Positions 33,605-36,973 of a DNA stretch of 36,973 nt are shown in pieces. Origin of the DNA: Pelomyxa schiedti (taxonomy: Eukaryota > Protista > Evosea); NCBI GenBank assembly GCA_020536535.1, contig JAHLWZ010000550.1, positions 1 through 36,973 on the forward strand. The letters run 5' to 3'. Positions within the stretch are counted from its first letter, which is position 1. Each line of letters opens with the position of its first letter. A program made the translations under genes and the position numbers. The notes under the pieces were generated by a model that was not told where the DNA came from, made no database searches, and saw only the letters and a program-made list of their open reading frames with translations.

Positions 33605-36591
33605 TCAACGGAAACTGCCATCAAAACCTTCAAAGCCGGTAGCAAGTAGTAGTGGGTAGTATGTTTTCTTCTCTACTTTGCTGCACCAATTCCATGAACT
33701 GGTAAGCCGGCCATCAACACAGGAACCTTGGGTATGGATATAAGTAATTTGTTGTAATATTAGAGGGTGCAAAGAGTGGATGAGTTGGTACCTCCATCAC
33801 TTCCACTGCCGTCAAAGCCGCTTCTGAAGAAGTCTCTCAGAATGAACTTCCGGGCTACGTCGGGACCACCAGCAAGTTGTATGAGCTTATTTGTATGAGG
33901 ATTGGCACTGAGAAGGTCAAGCCGTTCTACTACTCTGGCAATTGGGCCCAGGATACGAGGGACTTGTGTGTACTTATCTTGCAAGAGTTAATAAATACTG
34001 GGCAAGCAAGGTGGACGATACCGATGAAAAACAGCGCATTTGGAACATCCCGATCACCAAGGTGAACAACAGAAAGTCCAACCCATCCAGAAACTCTTGA
34101 TTGAACCTACTTGCCAATAAGTCTTGAGTGAGAATCGCAGAACTCACCCTTCCAAGAATGGAGGACATGGCCCTACTGATATTTGGTGCTGGTTGCACTC
34201 TGTTCATTCCCTGGCCAGTGTTACAAAGTCTGTACCCTGCAGGAGACAACAAATCCTCATCCGCTAGAATCCACAGTTTGAACATATTGTGCTGTACCTA
34301 CTTGGAGTAAGGTTTTAATAAGATTCTGGACTGACTACCTCTCTCCATAGCATCATCGATTGCTTGACAAATCTATACTGGTCGGAGTGCGAATGGCTAA
34401 GGTGTGAGCCTTCCATGCCACACTGAATTTGTAGATCTTCAGTTGCCTCACTTGGAGAGTGTGCAGGAAAGTATTTCTCAAGGTAGTGGATCATGCGGTC
34501 AACAGGATCACGGTTAGTAACAAGGTAAGCATTAGCATCAGCCAAAGAATCAAGTGCCAGTTTCAGGTCGTCAACAGTGAGGCTGGGGTAATACAATGTT
34601 AACAGTTATAGCTACCACTACAACAAACCTGGCAGAACAGTGTGTGGCACATAAAGTGTTAACAGCTTCTGTTTTCATTGCTGCCTCGGCGTCTAAGACT
34701 TCTCTTGGCTTGGGAACTCCATCCAGGCCAATCTGAAAAATATTGGTATGCAGAGAGTTGCAGGGTATGTTACTTGGCTGATGGAATGAGTAGCTCTTCT
34801 TAATAACTCCAAGTTGTCAATTGAGGTGCCGTTAACGGACACTGAACAGTTACCTAACACTCCCAATGCGCCATGCTGTTGCAGGAATGCGTGCACAGTG
34901 CGAATAGGTTTAACAACAGAGAAATTAAGATTGTGCGGGCAGACAGCGTCCTGGAGGAGATGCATCAATTTTCCATAGGTAGTTCGCATTTTGTCAGGGT
35001 TGAGAATTTTAAAGCGGCGGCCGATTTCGAAAATCTGAAAAAGATGTAGGCACACAGAGATAATGAAAGTTTATATACATCTTGGAAAAAATCAGCATTT
35101 TCCTTGAAGGCCTTACGAACAACATTGCGGGCTGCTGTATAGTCACCTGCCAAGTAAAGACCACAAGCCAGAGCCAGAACTTCCATTAGTTGCTGGGAGA
35201 TAATCTTATCTTTCTCCCAGCCTTGGGCTCTCCATCCATAGTCGTCACCTGCAACCTAGGTGGATGAAATGTGTGTTTTAAGGACAAAAGGAGGAGGGGT
35301 TGCATACGTCAACGTGGTCTGTGTACTCACTTATATCAAGAACACCTAGAGATTTTTAATTTTGTAAATTGGTACAAGTATCTTGGTGCACACCCTCAAG
35401 CATTCCAAGTAATCGTCTTTCCTTCTCAACAAGCCTTACTGGCACCCATTTGCTCAGTTCCACCATATCAACATTTGTTTCTGTCTAGGTGCTGTAAATT
35501 TTGGTTCGCAGACAAATTGGCTTGTTACCATGTCAACATGCTTGGGGAAACGTGGGCTGTTCTTTTTTACTGTATGTGGCTTGATCTTTGAAGCAAGAGA
35601 CCAAGGTGTCAACCAGGACGGCTTGTTGTCAGAATCACTCTCCGTTTCACCACTTTCGTCACCTTCCTCATTTTCGTCATCTTTAACAGCACGAGTTGCC
35701 TCAGGAGCAGGGGGCGGTAATGGAGCAGTGGGAGGAGTAGAAGAGACCTCAGTGGGTGTTCCTTCTGATTGCCTTGATGGCGAGTCCGCATCCTGGTACG
35801 CTGAAACGAGTTGTGTAATTACTGCAGGATTGGAGCCGGTTACAGTGGATGTTGCTGGGGTAGTCTCTGTTGTTGCAGTTGTGGAGGCCGCGGAAGTCGG
35901 GGTTGTGGTGTTAGATGGCTGGTCAGTATTCAGCTTTGGTTTCTTCTGACGCTGGGGGCGTTGTTGCTCCTGCTCTGCCTGCGGGAAAATTAACAGTTAA
36001 TAGATGCAAGTGAAAGCTCACAAGAGCAGCATTAAGGTTGTGGACGAAATGTTCAGTGGTGCCCTCGATGAACTTCGGGTCAATAGCATGCAAAGACAAG
36101 TCTACACCTGAAAGTGGGCGACGTGTATGTGTTGCCCTGTTTCCCTTTCGATGTTGGAACCTAAAGCATAATCCTACAAGAAAAAAAAAAAAAAAAAGCG
36201 AAACGAGTGAGAAACGCATAGAGACTACACGAGCCCTTAGGGGGCAACAACAAAAAAAAAAAAGGAAAAAAAACAGAAAAAAACCCAAAAGAAGAACCAA
36301 AAAGGTAAAGGCAGAGGTTAGATGCGCACCGCAGAACTTGTCGCCGCCGCACTGGTCACACACCACAGCCGCCGGCACGTCCTCGCACTCCACGCAATAC
36401 TCGACAACCGGCGCCGACCCATCAACCACCATCATCGACGTTCCCCTCGTGGTCCCGGTGCCGTTATCGGCCCCGGTGCTGGTGCTGGTGCTGGTGCTTG
36501 TACTTGTACTTGTACTACTCGCCGTCGTAGTACTACTGCTACCAGTCGCCGTTGGCGACAAAGTGGTCTCACCACCGTTCTGGGAGGACAT
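33605..36591 (-). CDS. UPF0652/DUF2009 family protein with an N-terminal B-box-type zinc finger; multi-exon
   Basis: [147 protein letters not shown]-stop. Confidence 0.9.
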
Positions 36592-36916
36592 GTGCGTGCT
36601 GTGATCAATATCGTCGGTTGCGGGTTGGTTTGTCGGTGTCGCAGGTGGCGGCTTGTTGTTGTTGCTGCCCAATTAATTAATTAATGGAACTGTGTGTTCC
36701 CAAGTAGGAAGAAGTGATGGAGTATCGCGACGAGTTATTAAACACGAAGAGAAACTTCTTCACTAGCCACCAGTTAACCTCTGACAAGAGCTGTCTAAAC
36801 ACCAATGTTGTTTGCATAAATGCTGTGGAAGATCTAGTGATTGGTCTCTAAAGAAAGAGGTTCGGGGGGGCCATGTCACACAGTCACACACACTAGTGTG
36901 GTGCCATGGCAGTAGT

Positions 36917-36973
36917 ATGATGAGAGGGGGGCACGGGCACGGGCGCAGGCACAGGGGAGTGGTGGTGGTGGTG
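36917..36973 (+). CDS. Possible 5' end of a further gene, truncated by the window edge
   Basis: ATG followed by an open GC-rich frame MMRGGHGHGRRHRGVVVVV, which resembles the start of a signal peptide. Only 19 codons are visible. Confidence 0.25.
   Translation, partial: MMRGGHGHGRRHRGVVVVV

Noticed and set aside
9482-36591. Non-standard genetic code suggested by many in-frame stops
   Set aside because: Where I checked, the stops fall within GT-AG introns whose removal restores conserved motifs. TAA, TAG and TGA are all used as real terminators.

Overview
A gene-dense window from an intron-rich microbial eukaryote with short GT-AG introns of about 45-140 nt. The style is reminiscent of an amoebozoan such as Pelomyxa, but that is inference only. 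It has two 100-N scaffold gaps. Seven conserved genes can be recognised from motifs: a USP/C19 deubiquitinase (-), a Cdc7/SepA/MAP3K-epsilon-type STE kinase (-), a PAK1IP1/Mak11 WD40 protein (+), a BCAS3/ATG18-like propeller (-), a membrane class III adenylyl cyclase (-), a TMEM184/OST-alpha transporter (+) and a B-box + DUF2009 (UPF0652) protein (-). Two things are not explained by ordinary annotation. (1) Three highly diverged orphan genes (6236-7723 -, 7972-9299 -, 13747-14826 +) flank the deubiquitinase. Once spliced, they share an N-terminal RRM-like domain interrupted by a phase-2 intron at the same position, and a C-terminal helical 'AAQ' domain. This looks like an unannotated clustered gene family. 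(2) A perfect 424-bp tandem array (about 8.3 copies) has a + strand that can be spliced into an uninterrupted 103-aa repeat frame. Also present are a 6-nt micro-exon that supplies the catalytic-loop Lys of the kinase, and a diverged duplicate (1-596) of the 5' end of the TMEM184 gene, probably an allele or assembly artefact. All gene models were built by hand without transcript data.
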